Notes: generated by a model from the sequence alone, not told the origin. 64,000 bases of DNA from Treponema sp. (GCA_017484285.1 JAFUTH010000011.1:3127-67126); one strand, 5' to 3'. Positions 46,781-56,229 are shown, counted from the stretch's first letter. Numbers and translations are program-made.

Positions 46781-48838
46781 CTAAACTTTGAATTGATCGA
46801 CCTGCTCGCCGATTTTGTCGATTGACTCGTTCATCAGACCAGAAACTTCGGTGAGCGCCGCGCCCGTCTCGTTGATTTTGCGCGCACCGACAGCCATTTC
46901 TTCCATGCTTTGGCTCATCGTCATCGCCGCGTTTTGAAGCTGCTGCACTTCCTTCAAAATCATCTTGTTACCCTCTGCCATTTCAGAAGAAGCATTGCGG
47001 ACTTCGACCGTGCTGTCGTTCATCGTGTGAAGCGCCTCGGTAATCTGCTGAGAGCCTTCGTTCTGCTCTTCCATTGCGGCACGAATCTGCATAACAAGCG
47101 CGTCGGTCTCTTCGAGCTTTTTGGACACGCTCTCGAACGCAAGCGTTGACTCGTTCGAAGCCGTAACGACTTGCGTGATTGAATCCTTGATGTTTGAAAG
47201 CTGGTCGCCGATTGTCTTTGACTGCGCAGACGACGTTTCTGAAAGCTTTCGGATTTCGTCTGCAACGACCGCAAAGCCTTTGCCTGCCTCGCCCGCGTGA
47301 GCCGCCTCGATTGCCGCGTTCATAGCGAGCAAATTCGTCTGGCTTGCGATATTTGCAATCGCGACGTTTGCCTCTTGCAACATCTGTGACTGCGTTTCGA
47401 TTTCGGTGATTCGGTCGTTCACCGCCTTTTGCTTTGAAATTCCCTCGTGAGAATTTGAGCGCAAGTCATTGAATGAATGCGTCATCTTTTCCATTGAGGT
47501 GTTGACTGACGAGATGTTTCCAATCATCTGCTCAACTGCCGCGCTCGCCTGCGTAACGCCCGAAGACTGGCTTTCAATCATGCGCTCAAGCGACTCGATG
47601 TTTGACGCAATCTCGTTGACCGCGCCCGCCGTCTGGTTGACCGACTGGTTCTGACTGTCAATCTGATGCTTCATACTCTCGATGTTTGCGATAATCTCGG
47701 TGATTGAGCTTGCCGTGTCCTGCGTTGCCGCCGAGAGATTTTCGCCCGCTTCGAGCAATTCGTCTTTTGAGCCTTTGACGTCACCGATGATATTCTGCAA
47801 TTTGCCCGCGAATTTGTTGAATCCGTTGACGACATCGCCGATTTCGTCCTGAGATTTAAGCTCAATGCGCTTTCGTAAGTCAGCGTCGCCCGAAGAAATG
47901 TCCTCGAGCGTGGTTTTAACGCCGAGCAACGGCTTAATCAAGTAGCGAAGAAGGAGCGCCGTAAGAACGACGAGCACCACCATGAGCACGATGATAAGTG
48001 GCACGATGAGTCTCGCAGATTTTGCGACCGCATTGTTGACGACTTCCATTGTTTTGGCAACAAAGAGCATGCCCGAAATCGAGCCGCTTTCGTCCTGAAC
48101 GGGCGCGTACACCGACATGTATTTTGTACCATTGATGACGTTAAAGCCCTCGTAGCGTTCGCCTCTGTTGAGCACTTCGTCAAGAATTGCTTTGTTTTCA
48201 AGTTTTGTGCCGACGAGACTTGAGCCGAGCGTCGTTGAAGCGCGAGTATCTCCCTCGAACATCGTGCACTCAACCTTGTAGGTGCGTTTGATTGCCTCGA
48301 CGAATTCAGGGTCGACCATGCTGTACGTACCGATGACCGTTCCGACAACGCCGCCGTCACCTCTGATGGGGTAGGCGTACACCAAACTGTATTTGTAAAT
48401 CTCGGTGGACTCATACGAGTATCCTTTGTCGCCGCGCAAAGCAGTTTTGACCGCGTGCGAATTTGAAAGGTCGATGCCGAATTTTGCATTTCCGCCCACG
48501 ACACGCCCGCTTTCGTCAGTAACGAGCAGGTAGTCGATGTCGAGCACTTTCTTTTGCTCAACGGCGAGCGAATTTGCCGTGTCAAAGTCATTCTGCGAAA
48601 GCGCGGCTGCAAGGCGCGTTTTGTCGGCAAGGACGAGCGTTGAATACTCAAGCTGACTGCGCCAGTTGTCGAGCGTTTCCATGACACCGACTTCCGTTGT
48701 CTCAAGATTCTCCATAGTAAGTGAAGTGATTTCAGAACTTGCAACATTAATAGAGATAACACCTACTGCAACCGATGAAACGATAATCGCAATAGCCGAA
48801 AGCAACGCGATTTTTGTAGAGAGTTTGAGGCTTTTCAT
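46781..48838 (-). CDS. Methyl-accepting chemotaxis protein (dCache_3/Cache_3-Cache_2-like sensor)
   Basis: [14 protein letters not shown]...GERYEG...YMSVYAP sensor and MCP tip. Start at MKSLKL (48838) with AAGGAG SD. Confidence 0.93.
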   Translation of the reverse strand: MKSLKLSTKIALLSAIAIIVSSVAVGVISINVASSEITSLTMENLETTEVGVMETLDNWRSQLEYSTLVLADKTRLAAALSQNDFDTANSLAVEQKKVLDIDYLLVTDESGRVVGGNAKFGIDLSNSHAVKTALRGDKGYSYESTEIYKYSLVYAYPIRGDGGVVGTVIGTYSMVDPEFVEAIKRTYKVECTMFEGDTRASTTLGSSLVGTKLENKAILDEVLNRGERYEGFNVINGTKYMSVYAPVQDESGSISGMLFVAKTMEVVNNAVAKSARLIVPLIIVLMVVLVVLTALLLRYLIKPLLGVKTTLEDISSGDADLRKRIELKSQDEIGDVVNGFNKFAGKLQNIIGDVKGSKDELLEAGENLSAATQDTASSITEIIANIESMKHQIDSQNQSVNQTAGAVNEIASNIESLERMIESQSSGVTQASAAVEQMIGNISSVNTSMEKMTHSFNDLRSNSHEGISKQKAVNDRITEIETQSQMLQEANVAIANIASQTNLLAMNAAIEAAHAGEAGKGFAVVADEIRKLSETSSAQSKTIGDQLSNIKDSITQVVTASNESTLAFESVSKKLEETDALVMQIRAAMEEQNEGSQQITEALHTMNDSTVEVRNASSEMAEGNKMILKEVQQLQNAAMTMSQSMEEMAVGARKINETGAALTEVSGLMNESIDKIGEQVDQFKV

Positions 48839-48894
48839 TAAGACTCCTTGTATTTTTATTTCCCACCGAAAGAACTTTAAATGAATCTTATACA

Positions 48895-48902
48895 TTATCG
48901 GC
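48895..48902 (-). promoter_or_regulatory. Possible sigma28 (FliA) -10 element
   Basis: Exact GCCGATAA upstream of an MCP gene. A TAAA -35 at canonical spacing was not found. Confidence 0.35.
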
Positions 48903-49001
48903 TATTTCTGAGAAAAAGCAAATTCTATTTTGTACAATTTAATTCACGCGCATATGCCGAATATTGATTGAGCGTTTTTCTTTTTAATGTTACAGTCACT
49001 C

Positions 49002-49742
49002 ATGCTTGATTCGTCAAATTTCAGGCGGGCGGTCAAACTCACCACGCCCGTTTTTTTCGGATACATCGCGATTGGCATTCCGTTCGGGCTCATGGTCGTA
49101 AACGCGGGCTTTCCGTGGTGGCTCGCCGTCGCAATGAGTCTCCTCATTTACTCAGGCACGGGGCAGTACGTGGGCATCGCGCTCTTTTCTTCAGGGCTTG
49201 TGAACGCCTCAAGCTTTTGGGCGAGCGTGATTGCCTTTGTCGGAATCGAGTTTGTGATTGGTCTGCGCCACGTGTTCTATTCGCTCTCGCTTTTGGAAAC
49301 TTACCGCGGAACCGGAACATGGAAATTCCCGCTCATCTTTACCATTACTGACGAAACATTTGCGCTCATCTCTTCGTGCACTGTGCCAAAAGATGCCGAC
49401 AAGGGCGCGTATCTTGCAATCATCTCGCTCTTTGACTACTCATACTGGGTACTTGGAACGCTCATCGGCGCAATCGTGGGCAATTTTATTCCCGCGGGCT
49501 ACCTGAACGGCGTTGATTTTGCGCTCACCGCCCTTTTTATCGTCCTCATGATAAATCAAATCTCCGCAAGCAAGCGTTGGCTTCCCTCGCTCGTCGGCAT
49601 TTTTGCCACCGCCGTCGCCATCGCGCTCTCATACATCAAAATCGGCGGGCAAGCGATTTTACCGAGCCAGCACATCATTCTCACCGGTCTGTGCCTCGGC
49701 ATCGTCGTGATGATTGCGCTCACCAGAGGAGGCAAAAGATGA
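49002..49742 (+). CDS. azlC: AzlC family branched-chain amino acid transporter subunit
   Basis: PVFFGYIAIGIPFG, YSGTGQY, RHVFYS, TDETFA, GVDFALTALF. Start set at 49002. Confidence 0.9.
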   Translation: MLDSSNFRRAVKLTTPVFFGYIAIGIPFGLMVVNAGFPWWLAVAMSLLIYSGTGQYVGIALFSSGLVNASSFWASVIAFVGIEFVIGLRHVFYSLSLLETYRGTGTWKFPLIFTITDETFALISSCTVPKDADKGAYLAIISLFDYSYWVLGTLIGAIVGNFIPAGYLNGVDFALTALFIVLMINQISASKRWLPSLVGIFATAVAIALSYIKIGGQAILPSQHIILTGLCLGIVVMIALTRGGKR

Positions 49743-50095
49743 AATTCACCGCGATTGAATCCCTCATTGCGACGCTCTGCATCGGCGTCATGATGCTTTT
49801 GCTCCGCTTGCTGCCGTTCATCATCTTCCGAAAACGCTCCGTGCCCGCCTTTTTTGGCTTCATCGAGAAATTCATTCCCGCGATTTCGATTGCCGTGCTT
49901 TTTTGCGCGACATTCCGCGAGCGCACGACCGATTTGCTCTTTTTGAGCGCGCACCCGCTTTCGGAACTTCCGTCCGTGTTGTGCGCCGTTGGTGCCGCCA
50001 TCGTCACCGTGCTGCTCCATCTCTGGAAACGAAACGCAATGCTAAGCATTTTTGGCGGAACGATTCTCTACATGATTCTCAATTATTTTTTCTGA
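49739..50095 (+). CDS. azlD: AzlD family subunit
   Basis: LRLLPFIIF...FIPAI...WKRNAMLSIFGGT; ATGA overlap with the azlC stop. Confidence 0.85.
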   Translation: MKFTAIESLIATLCIGVMMLLLRLLPFIIFRKRSVPAFFGFIEKFIPAISIAVLFCATFRERTTDLLFLSAHPLSELPSVLCAVGAAIVTVLLHLWKRNAMLSIFGGTILYMILNYFF

Positions 50096-50126
50096 TTGAT
50101 TTTATGAAATATCTCCCCTCACCTTA

Positions 50127-50155
50127 TTGCAAACTTTGCCCATAAAAACTATTTT
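50127..50155 (+). promoter_or_regulatory. Sigma70 promoter of potABCD (leaderless)
   Basis: TTGCAA-17 nt-TATTTT, 6 nt before ATG 50162. Confidence 0.55.
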
Positions 50156-50161
50156 ATCTAT

Positions 50162-51358
50162 ATGAAAGGCAGTCAGGTTACTATTCAAGGTGTGAACAAA
50201 CATTTCGGCGATTTTATCGCTCTGGACACCATTGATTTTACGATTAAGCAGGGCGAATTTTTCACGCTGTTAGGACCGTCTGGGTGCGGAAAGACAACGC
50301 TTTTGCGCATTCTCGCAGGCTTTGAGTTTCCTGACGACGGCGCGGTGCTCTTTGACGATGTAGATGTCACGGAGTTGCCACCGAACAAACGCGCGTCAAA
50401 TACCGTGTTCCAAAATTACGCGTTGTTCCCGCATTTGAGCGTGTATGAAAATGTCGCGTTCTCGTTGCGATTGCAAAAACTTCCCAAAGCCGAAATCGAC
50501 GAAAAAGTGCGAAAATATGTGCATTTGGTGGAACTTGACGAGCATATCCACAAAAAGCCGAACCAGCTTTCAGGCGGGCAGCGGCAGCGAGTTGCGATCG
50601 CTCGCGCGCTGATTAACGAGCCGAAAGTTCTGCTTTTGGACGAGCCACTTTCCGCGCTTGACGCAAAATTGCGCTCAAATCTTCTGGTAGAACTTGACCG
50701 TCTGCATGACAAAATCGGCATCACTTTCATTTTTGTCACGCATGACCAGAGCGAAGCGCTTGCCGTCTCAGACCGAATCGCCGTCATGAATCACGGGCAT
50801 GTGTTGCAGGTCGGAACTCCGTACGAAATCTACGAAAGCCCCGCCACTCAGTTTGTCGCGCAGTTCATCGGCGAAACGAACTTGTTTGAAGCCACTGTCG
50901 TAAACTGCGAAAGCTACAAAGTGCCGGGCAAAGCCGACATCGAGCACATGGTTACGCTCAATGTTCCAGCTCTCGGATTGCAGGCTCAGCTTACGGGCGA
51001 CACACAGGCAACCAAAGAAGAAGACAAAAACATTCTCGTCACTGACTACGAGCACACCGACGAGGGGCAAAAAGTCGCATTCACCGTGCGCCCCGAAAAA
51101 ATCCGAATCACTTTGGAAGAGCCGAATGTGAACGGTCGCAAAGACATCAATGTGTTCAAAGGAATCGTCGAAGAACCAGTCTACACGGGCTTCCAGTCAA
51201 AATTCTATGTAAAGCTCGAAAAAACAGGCACCATCGTCAAAGTCTTTAAGCAGCATCAGAATTATCTTGACGACGGCCCCGAAATCCAGTGGAAGGACAC
51301 CGTGTACATCTCATGGTCAGCCGAAGACGGTTACATTGTGGAAGATATTGAAAAGTGA
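50162..51358 (+). CDS. potA: Spermidine/putrescine ABC transporter ATPase
   Basis: GPSGCGKTT, VFQNYALFPH, LSGGQRQR, LLLDEP, VTHDQSEA. Confidence 0.92.
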   Translation: MKGSQVTIQGVNKHFGDFIALDTIDFTIKQGEFFTLLGPSGCGKTTLLRILAGFEFPDDGAVLFDDVDVTELPPNKRASNTVFQNYALFPHLSVYENVAFSLRLQKLPKAEIDEKVRKYVHLVELDEHIHKKPNQLSGGQRQRVAIARALINEPKVLLLDEPLSALDAKLRSNLLVELDRLHDKIGITFIFVTHDQSEALAVSDRIAVMNHGHVLQVGTPYEIYESPATQFVAQFIGETNLFEATVVNCESYKVPGKADIEHMVTLNVPALGLQAQLTGDTQATKEEDKNILVTDYEHTDEGQKVAFTVRPEKIRITLEEPNVNGRKDINVFKGIVEEPVYTGFQSKFYVKLEKTGTIVKVFKQHQNYLDDGPEIQWKDTVYISWSAEDGYIVEDIEK

Positions 51359-51471
51359 GAAGTTAGGAGTGAGCAGTGAGAAGTTGGGGGAAGTCTCCCC
51401 CTTCGCCCGCACTTCGTTGCGTGCTACCCTCTCTGCGGGCTCAAACGCCGCCCGCAACGCCCGCTTTTTTT
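51354..51471 (+). repeat. Heptamer array plus competing hairpins ending in T7 (repeat or attenuator inside pot operon)
   Basis: AGTGAGA AGTTAGG AGTGAGC AGTGAGA AGTTGGG; GGGGGA/TCCCCC stem; GCGGGC with three GCCCGC partners; T7. Confidence 0.6.
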
Positions 51472-51484
51472 GAGGAAATTGCTT

Positions 51485-52372
51485 ATGAAAAAGAAAAATC
51501 CTGGTCCGTTTTACAGCTACCCGATGGGGCTTTGGTTCTCGCTCTTTTTTGTCGTGCCGCTCGCGATTATCGTGGCGTATTCATTCATGAAGCGCGACAT
51601 GTTCGGCGGTGTGATTCACGAATTCTCGCTCGACGCGTACAAGCAGATGTTCACGCCCGCGTATGGCATGATTTTTTTGCGCACGCTGTGGATGACGCTC
51701 GTTGCCACGTTCATTTCGATTCTGATTGCGCTCCCCTGTGGCTATGCGATTGCCCGAAGCCGTCACCAGACCACGCTTTTGATTTTGGTAATCGTGCCCT
51801 TCCTCACGAACTCGCTTATCCGCATTTTCGCGTGGATGACGATTTTGGGCGAGAACGGTGCATTGAACGGCATCTGTGAGATTTTCTCCCGCTTCTGCTT
51901 TTTTGTGACGCAGAATGAAGACGGCGTGTTTGTGCCGCACAAATTCATGTTCACGAAGGGCGCGGTTATCCTCGTGAGCATTTACATGTACCTTCCCTAC
52001 GCGATTCTCCCGATTTTCACTTCGGTTGACCGCTTTGATTTTACACTTTTGGAAGCCGCCCGTGACTTAGGAGCCACAAAATCAGGCGCAATCTTCCGCG
52101 TAATGATTCCGGGAATCAAATCGGGAATAATCAGCGCGCTCATTTTCACCTTTATCCCGATTTTCGGAAACTACACCGTGCCGCAGATTATTGGCTCAAC
52201 CGAAAGCTACATGCTCGGAAACATCATCATGGACCAGATTCAAAAGGCGCGGAATTTGCCGCTCGCAAGCGCGTTCAGCGTGGTGCTCACAGTGGTCAGC
52301 ATGGCGGCGATTTTGTTCATGATTTCTTCGGACAAAAAAGAAGCCAGCCTCAAAAAAATGAAAAAAGAATAG
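51485..52372 (+). CDS. potB: Polyamine ABC transporter permease
   Basis: PCGYAIA, IVPFLTNSLIRIFAW, EAA loop LLEAARDLGA. Start 51485 with GAGG SD. Confidence 0.9.
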   Translation: MKKKNPGPFYSYPMGLWFSLFFVVPLAIIVAYSFMKRDMFGGVIHEFSLDAYKQMFTPAYGMIFLRTLWMTLVATFISILIALPCGYAIARSRHQTTLLILVIVPFLTNSLIRIFAWMTILGENGALNGICEIFSRFCFFVTQNEDGVFVPHKFMFTKGAVILVSIYMYLPYAILPIFTSVDRFDFTLLEAARDLGATKSGAIFRVMIPGIKSGIISALIFTFIPIFGNYTVPQIIGSTESYMLGNIIMDQIQKARNLPLASAFSVVLTVVSMAAILFMISSDKKEASLKKMKKE

Positions 52373-52381
52373 GAGCGAAAG

Positions 52382-53257
52382 ATGGATTTTCTTGTTTCTG
52401 TAATTCTCGCGCTTTTAAAACGAAATCCGGTCGCAAAAACCGAAAGCAACAAGCACGCAAAACGCGACTGGAAAAAACGCGCGCGTCCATTCAGTTTTTC
52501 GAACACAGTGCTTGTGATTGCGCTGCTCTTTCTCTTTTTGCCGCTCTTCGTGATTGTGTTCTATTCATTCAATGCGTCAAAAGGCTCGCGTTTTACGGGC
52601 GTGTCGTTCGTGTGGTACGAAGAATTGTTCTTGAATTCAGGCAGATTGTGGATGTCGCTTTTGTACAGCGCAATCGTCGCGCTCGTTTCGGCGGCAATTT
52701 CCACTGTTTTGGGAAGTTTGGCTGCAATCGGCAACAACTGGTACAAATTCAAAGGTCGCGCCTACATTCAGTCGGTTTCCTTTTTGCCGATGGTATTGCC
52801 AGAAGTCATCATGGGCGTGTCGCTCCTCATTTTTTTGAGCGGAATTCACATGAATCTTGGTTTGGGCACCATCATAATCGCGCACACAACGTTCTGTCTT
52901 CCGTTCGTGTACCTCATGGTTTCTGCCCGTGTTGACGAATTCGACTATTCGATTATCGAAGCGAGCCACGACCTCGGCGCGAACGAAACGCAAACGCTCT
53001 TCAAGGTGATTCTCCCCGCGATTATGCCGGGAATCATGAGCGGCTTTATGATGAGCGTTACCATGTCCATCGAAGACTTCGTAATCACTTCGCTCGTAAA
53101 CGGCAATGTTGAGACTTTGCCGATTTATGTATACAATATGATTCGTCACGGAGTCAGCCCGGTCATCAACGCGCTTTCTTTCGTGCTGATTCTGCTGATT
53201 GGCGGTCTTGCCGTTCTTTTACGAAAGAGCCTCAAAGGATTCGCTTCAGCACACTAA
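52382..53257 (+). CDS. potC: Polyamine ABC transporter permease
   Basis: FYSFNAS, LPMVLPEVIMG, IEASHDLGA, SIEDFVIT, GVSPVINALS. Confidence 0.9.
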   Translation: MDFLVSVILALLKRNPVAKTESNKHAKRDWKKRARPFSFSNTVLVIALLFLFLPLFVIVFYSFNASKGSRFTGVSFVWYEELFLNSGRLWMSLLYSAIVALVSAAISTVLGSLAAIGNNWYKFKGRAYIQSVSFLPMVLPEVIMGVSLLIFLSGIHMNLGLGTIIIAHTTFCLPFVYLMVSARVDEFDYSIIEASHDLGANETQTLFKVILPAIMPGIMSGFMMSVTMSIEDFVITSLVNGNVETLPIYVYNMIRHGVSPVINALSFVLILLIGGLAVLLRKSLKGFASAH

Positions 53258-53264
53258 AAAAACT

Positions 53265-53335
53265 ATCCACAGATTAACACAGATAAGCGCAGATTTTTAT
53301 ATTAAATCTGTGGAAATCTGTGCCTATCTGTGGAT
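53265..53335. repeat. Palindromic 3+3 array of 10-mers (CACAGAT.../...ATCTGTG)
   Basis: ATCCACAGAT TAACACAGAT AAGCGCAGAT, 11-nt AT spacer, ATCTGTGGAA ATCTGTGCCT ATCTGTGGAT. Confidence 0.8.
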
Positions 53336-53353
53336 GAATAAGGGAAAACATTT

Positions 53354-54406
53354 ATGAAACTTCTTTCTAAAATTGCAGTTGCGGCGTGTGGTCTTGTCGC
53401 GGGATTGGGTCTTCTTTCTTGCGAACAGAAAAAGACATTGAAACTCTTCACGTGGACATACTACACGCCCGAAGATGTCGTCAAAGCGTTTGAAAAAGAA
53501 TTTGACTGCAAGGTCATCGTCACCGAATATGACTCAAACGAAACGATGTTCAACAAGCTCGTAAACGGCGGCGCAAAGAGCTTCGACATCGTTGTTCCCT
53601 CGCAGGATTATGTTTCAATCATGATGAAGCGCAACATGTTCCAGCCGATTGTTCAGGAAAAATTCACCAACCGCGATAAAATCAATCCGAAAGTGCTCGA
53701 AAAGGTCACCTATGACCCCGACATGGTCTACGCTGTTCCGTACTATTTTGGCGCGGCGGGCATTGGCGTAAACAAAAAGAAAGTGCCGTCGGGCGACTAT
53801 GAGCGCACATGGAACATCTTCGCAGACGCTCGCTTCAACGGTCATGCCTCAATGATGGACGACTACCGCGAGGTTATCGGCGATGCGCTCAAATACAAGG
53901 GCTATGCGGTCAGCACCACGAATGAACGCGAAGTGCAAGAAGCGGTCGACATGATTAAAAACGACTGGCTTCCGAACATCGTCAAATTCGACGCGGAAGG
54001 ATTCGGAAAAGACTTTGCGCGCGGCGATTTGTGGCTCTGCCACGGCTATGCGGAAGTCATGTACGGCGAAGTGCCCGAGGACGAATGGGAGAGCACGATT
54101 GACTTCTTTATTCCAGAACAGGGTGGCGCGTCGTACCTCGACAGTCTCTGCATTCTCAGAGACTCAAAGAATGTCGAGCTTGCGACTGAATTCATCAACT
54201 TCATTCACCGCCCCGAAAACTACGCGAAATTCCTCGATGGATTCCACTTCCCGTGTTTCGTAAACACCGAGGCTGAGCAATACATGACGACAAAGCCGCT
54301 CTATGAGGCGAGCGAGCTTGACAACTGCGAACTTAAAGACGACCTCGGCGACAAACTCGACATGTACTACTCTAAGTGGGAAAAGCTGCGCTTGCAGACG
54401 AACTAG
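53354..54406 (+). CDS. potD: Polyamine ABC transporter substrate-binding lipoprotein
   Basis: Lipobox LLSC; FTWTYY, YDSNETM, DDYRE, YLDSL. Confidence 0.9.
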   Translation: MKLLSKIAVAACGLVAGLGLLSCEQKKTLKLFTWTYYTPEDVVKAFEKEFDCKVIVTEYDSNETMFNKLVNGGAKSFDIVVPSQDYVSIMMKRNMFQPIVQEKFTNRDKINPKVLEKVTYDPDMVYAVPYYFGAAGIGVNKKKVPSGDYERTWNIFADARFNGHASMMDDYREVIGDALKYKGYAVSTTNEREVQEAVDMIKNDWLPNIVKFDAEGFGKDFARGDLWLCHGYAEVMYGEVPEDEWESTIDFFIPEQGGASYLDSLCILRDSKNVELATEFINFIHRPENYAKFLDGFHFPCFVNTEAEQYMTTKPLYEASELDNCELKDDLGDKLDMYYSKWEKLRLQTN

Positions 54407-55454
54407 CCGTATCCATTTTTTCTACAAAGCCCGCGCCCCAATACTCGCAGAGCATGGCGCGGGCTTCTTTTTGCAATTCGGGAATGACGGTCTCCTGCAT
54501 CTGTTTTAAGTTGTTTGAAAGATAATATCGCGTCATGATACGGATTCTTTCGATTTCATCAGGGAGGATTGTCGGGGCAAGCCCGGCACTGACATTTTGG
54601 CTGTCATTCTCGCGCTTGACGCGGGAATCTTCTGCCTCAATCCATTGTGAAATCACGGTGAATACGCTCGCGGCAGAGCAAATCATTTTCCACTTGTGGA
54701 GCGTGTCAATTTTCCGCGCGGAGGACATGCCCGTGTTCACACGGTAGCGGTAGACTTTCGCCTCGATTCCTTTGTAGGATTTTGCATATTGTGCCAGAAA
54801 GAAAAAGAGCAGCACATCGTCCGCCATGTTGCATTCCGTGTAGGGAATATGCTCGTAGGCTTTCTGCCACAATTCCCGCTTAATCAGTTTGCCCCACGTG
54901 TTCGCGGTAAACTTATTCTCCATGAGCCACAAGCGAAACACTTCGCGCCCAAAAATCTCGCCGTAATGAATCGTGCCATAGCGGTTTACTTTTGTGGGAG
55001 TAAACATGCCGTCAGGCGCAAATATTCCCGCTGTGGAAGTGCCATGCACAATGTCAAAACCGCCGTTCGCTGCCGCCCCATACAACGCCGAAAGCGCGCC
55101 CGCTTCCATCTCATCGTCGCTGTCGAGCTGCGTCATGTATGCTCCGCGGGCTTCGTACATCAGCGTGCGCCGCACCTCAATCAGCCCGCGGTTTTCTTTA
55201 TGCTCAATAAATCGGAATGGAATTTTCGGAAGATTTCGCGCTTTTCGGCTCTTGTCGCACTCTTTTTGCATAAGATGGACGATTTTCTTCGCGTTTCTGC
55301 CTTTTTCGTCCGTGCCACGGCTCGCATCGCTTACGATAACCACCTCAAAATCAGAAAAATCCTGCTGAATGACAGAACGCAAGCACTGTGCCAAAAAAGG
55401 CTCGGTAGAGAACACGGGGATACAGACGGAAATTCTTGGGGAAAGAGTTTTCAT
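54372..55454 (-). CDS. Glycosyltransferase family 2
   Basis: ISVCIPVFSTEPFLAQCLRSV...VSDAS, NRGL..VR, LDSDD, WGKLIKREL, ADDV. Confidence 0.9.
   Translation of the reverse strand: MKTLSPRISVCIPVFSTEPFLAQCLRSVIQQDFSDFEVVIVSDASRGTDEKGRNAKKIVHLMQKECDKSRKARNLPKIPFRFIEHKENRGLIEVRRTLMYEARGAYMTQLDSDDEMEAGALSALYGAAANGGFDIVHGTSTAGIFAPDGMFTPTKVNRYGTIHYGEIFGREVFRLWLMENKFTANTWGKLIKRELWQKAYEHIPYTECNMADDVLLFFFLAQYAKSYKGIEAKVYRYRVNTGMSSARKIDTLHKWKMICSAASVFTVISQWIEAEDSRVKRENDSQNVSAGLAPTILPDEIERIRIMTRYYLSNNLKQMQETVIPELQKEARAMLCEYWGAGFVEKMDTASSSASAAFPT
54427..54472 (+). terminator. Intrinsic terminator of pot operon (inside 3' end of GT2 gene on the opposite strand)
   Basis: AAGCCCGCGCC/GGCGCGGGCTT 11-bp stem followed by CTTTTT. 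Confidence 0.6.
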
Positions 55455-55780
55455 TTGTTTTTTTGGATTCGTTTTGCTGCCTGTTCGTATACTTCATTAT
55501 CGCTTCGGACAGAAATAATCACGATTTTCATTATGCCATGCTCCCGAACCAAACGATATAGCACTCTAAGCCCAAGTCGCTTAAGTTTTATTTTAAAAAG
55601 CCCCGTCAAATCATTGCCGTTCTTGTTGCCAAGCGGTTTTCCATAGCCCCCTTCGCTTTGCGGAAGTGGATTTTGGCTCACTTTCTCGATTGCTTTAAAA
55701 ACGTAACCGCGTTGCGAACCATCAAGATTGTCAAAATCTTCTTTTGCCTCATCTTCGTAATCAATAATCCATTTTTTCAT
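55451..55780 (-). CDS. Type II toxin, RelE/ParE family
   Basis: IDYEDEAKEDF...GYGKPL...LFKIKLKRLGLRVLY; 4-nt overlap with the antitoxin. Confidence 0.88.
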   Translation of the reverse strand: MKKWIIDYEDEAKEDFDNLDGSQRGYVFKAIEKVSQNPLPQSEGGYGKPLGNKNGNDLTGLFKIKLKRLGLRVLYRLVREHGIMKIVIISVRSDNEVYEQAAKRIQKNK

Positions 55781-56115
55781 TCAAACTCAATCTCCGAATC
55801 ATCAATTGCCGCTAAATCCGTCTGTGTGATTCCATAGCGAGCCATCATATCTTCGTGGGAAATGTATTTTTTCTCAGTATTGCGGGCTTCGCGTTCAAGC
55901 GCAATTGTGGCAAGCTCCAAATCTTCAATTTCATCAAGAAGCCGCTTGTACGAGTCTAAACTAAGCATAACACATTCAGGATTATTGTTGCGCACTACGA
56001 ATTTAATTCCCTCGTTCTGAACTTCGCCGATAATTTTGCTCGTTTCCCCTTTATTAAAACGGCTGATGGGAACAAATGAATTCAATACGGTCTTTGCTTT
56101 GAGAACTGCTGGCAT
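55777..56115 (-). CDS. Type II antitoxin, Phd/YefM family
   Basis: VPISRFNKGETSKII..V......FVVRNNNPECVMLSLDSY; acidic C-terminus. Confidence 0.88.
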   Translation of the reverse strand: MPAVLKAKTVLNSFVPISRFNKGETSKIIGEVQNEGIKFVVRNNNPECVMLSLDSYKRLLDEIEDLELATIALEREARNTEKKYISHEDMMARYGITQTDLAAIDDSEIEFE

Positions 56116-56130
56116 AATACACCCCCAATG

Positions 56131-56153
56131 AATTTGCTAGTAAATTTAATATA
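56131..56153 (-). promoter_or_regulatory. TA promoter -10 and palindromic operator
   Basis: TATATT at 56148-53, directly followed (in transcript direction) by the near-perfect palindrome AATTTGCTAGTAAATT at 56131-46. Confidence 0.55.
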
Positions 56154-56177
56154 CTATTAAGCTATGATTTTAGCAAC

Positions 56178-56214
56178 AAAAAAAAGCACCCACCATATTC
56201 GGCAAGTGCTTTTT
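56178..56214. terminator. Terminator-like hairpin after lipoprotein gene
   Basis: AAAAAGCAC/GTGCTTTTT stem with A and T tracts on both sides. Confidence 0.55.
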
Positions 56215-56229
56215 GGGGAAGTTTTTCAA

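Noticed and set aside
53265-53335. CRISPR array
   Set aside because: Units are 10 nt, contiguous and inverted, with no unique spacers. No cas genes are present in the window.
54372-54406. 35-nt convergent overlap of potD and GT2
   Set aside because: Most simply a short C-terminal extension of GT2; similar tail-to-tail overlaps occur at 21472-75 and 24866-88.
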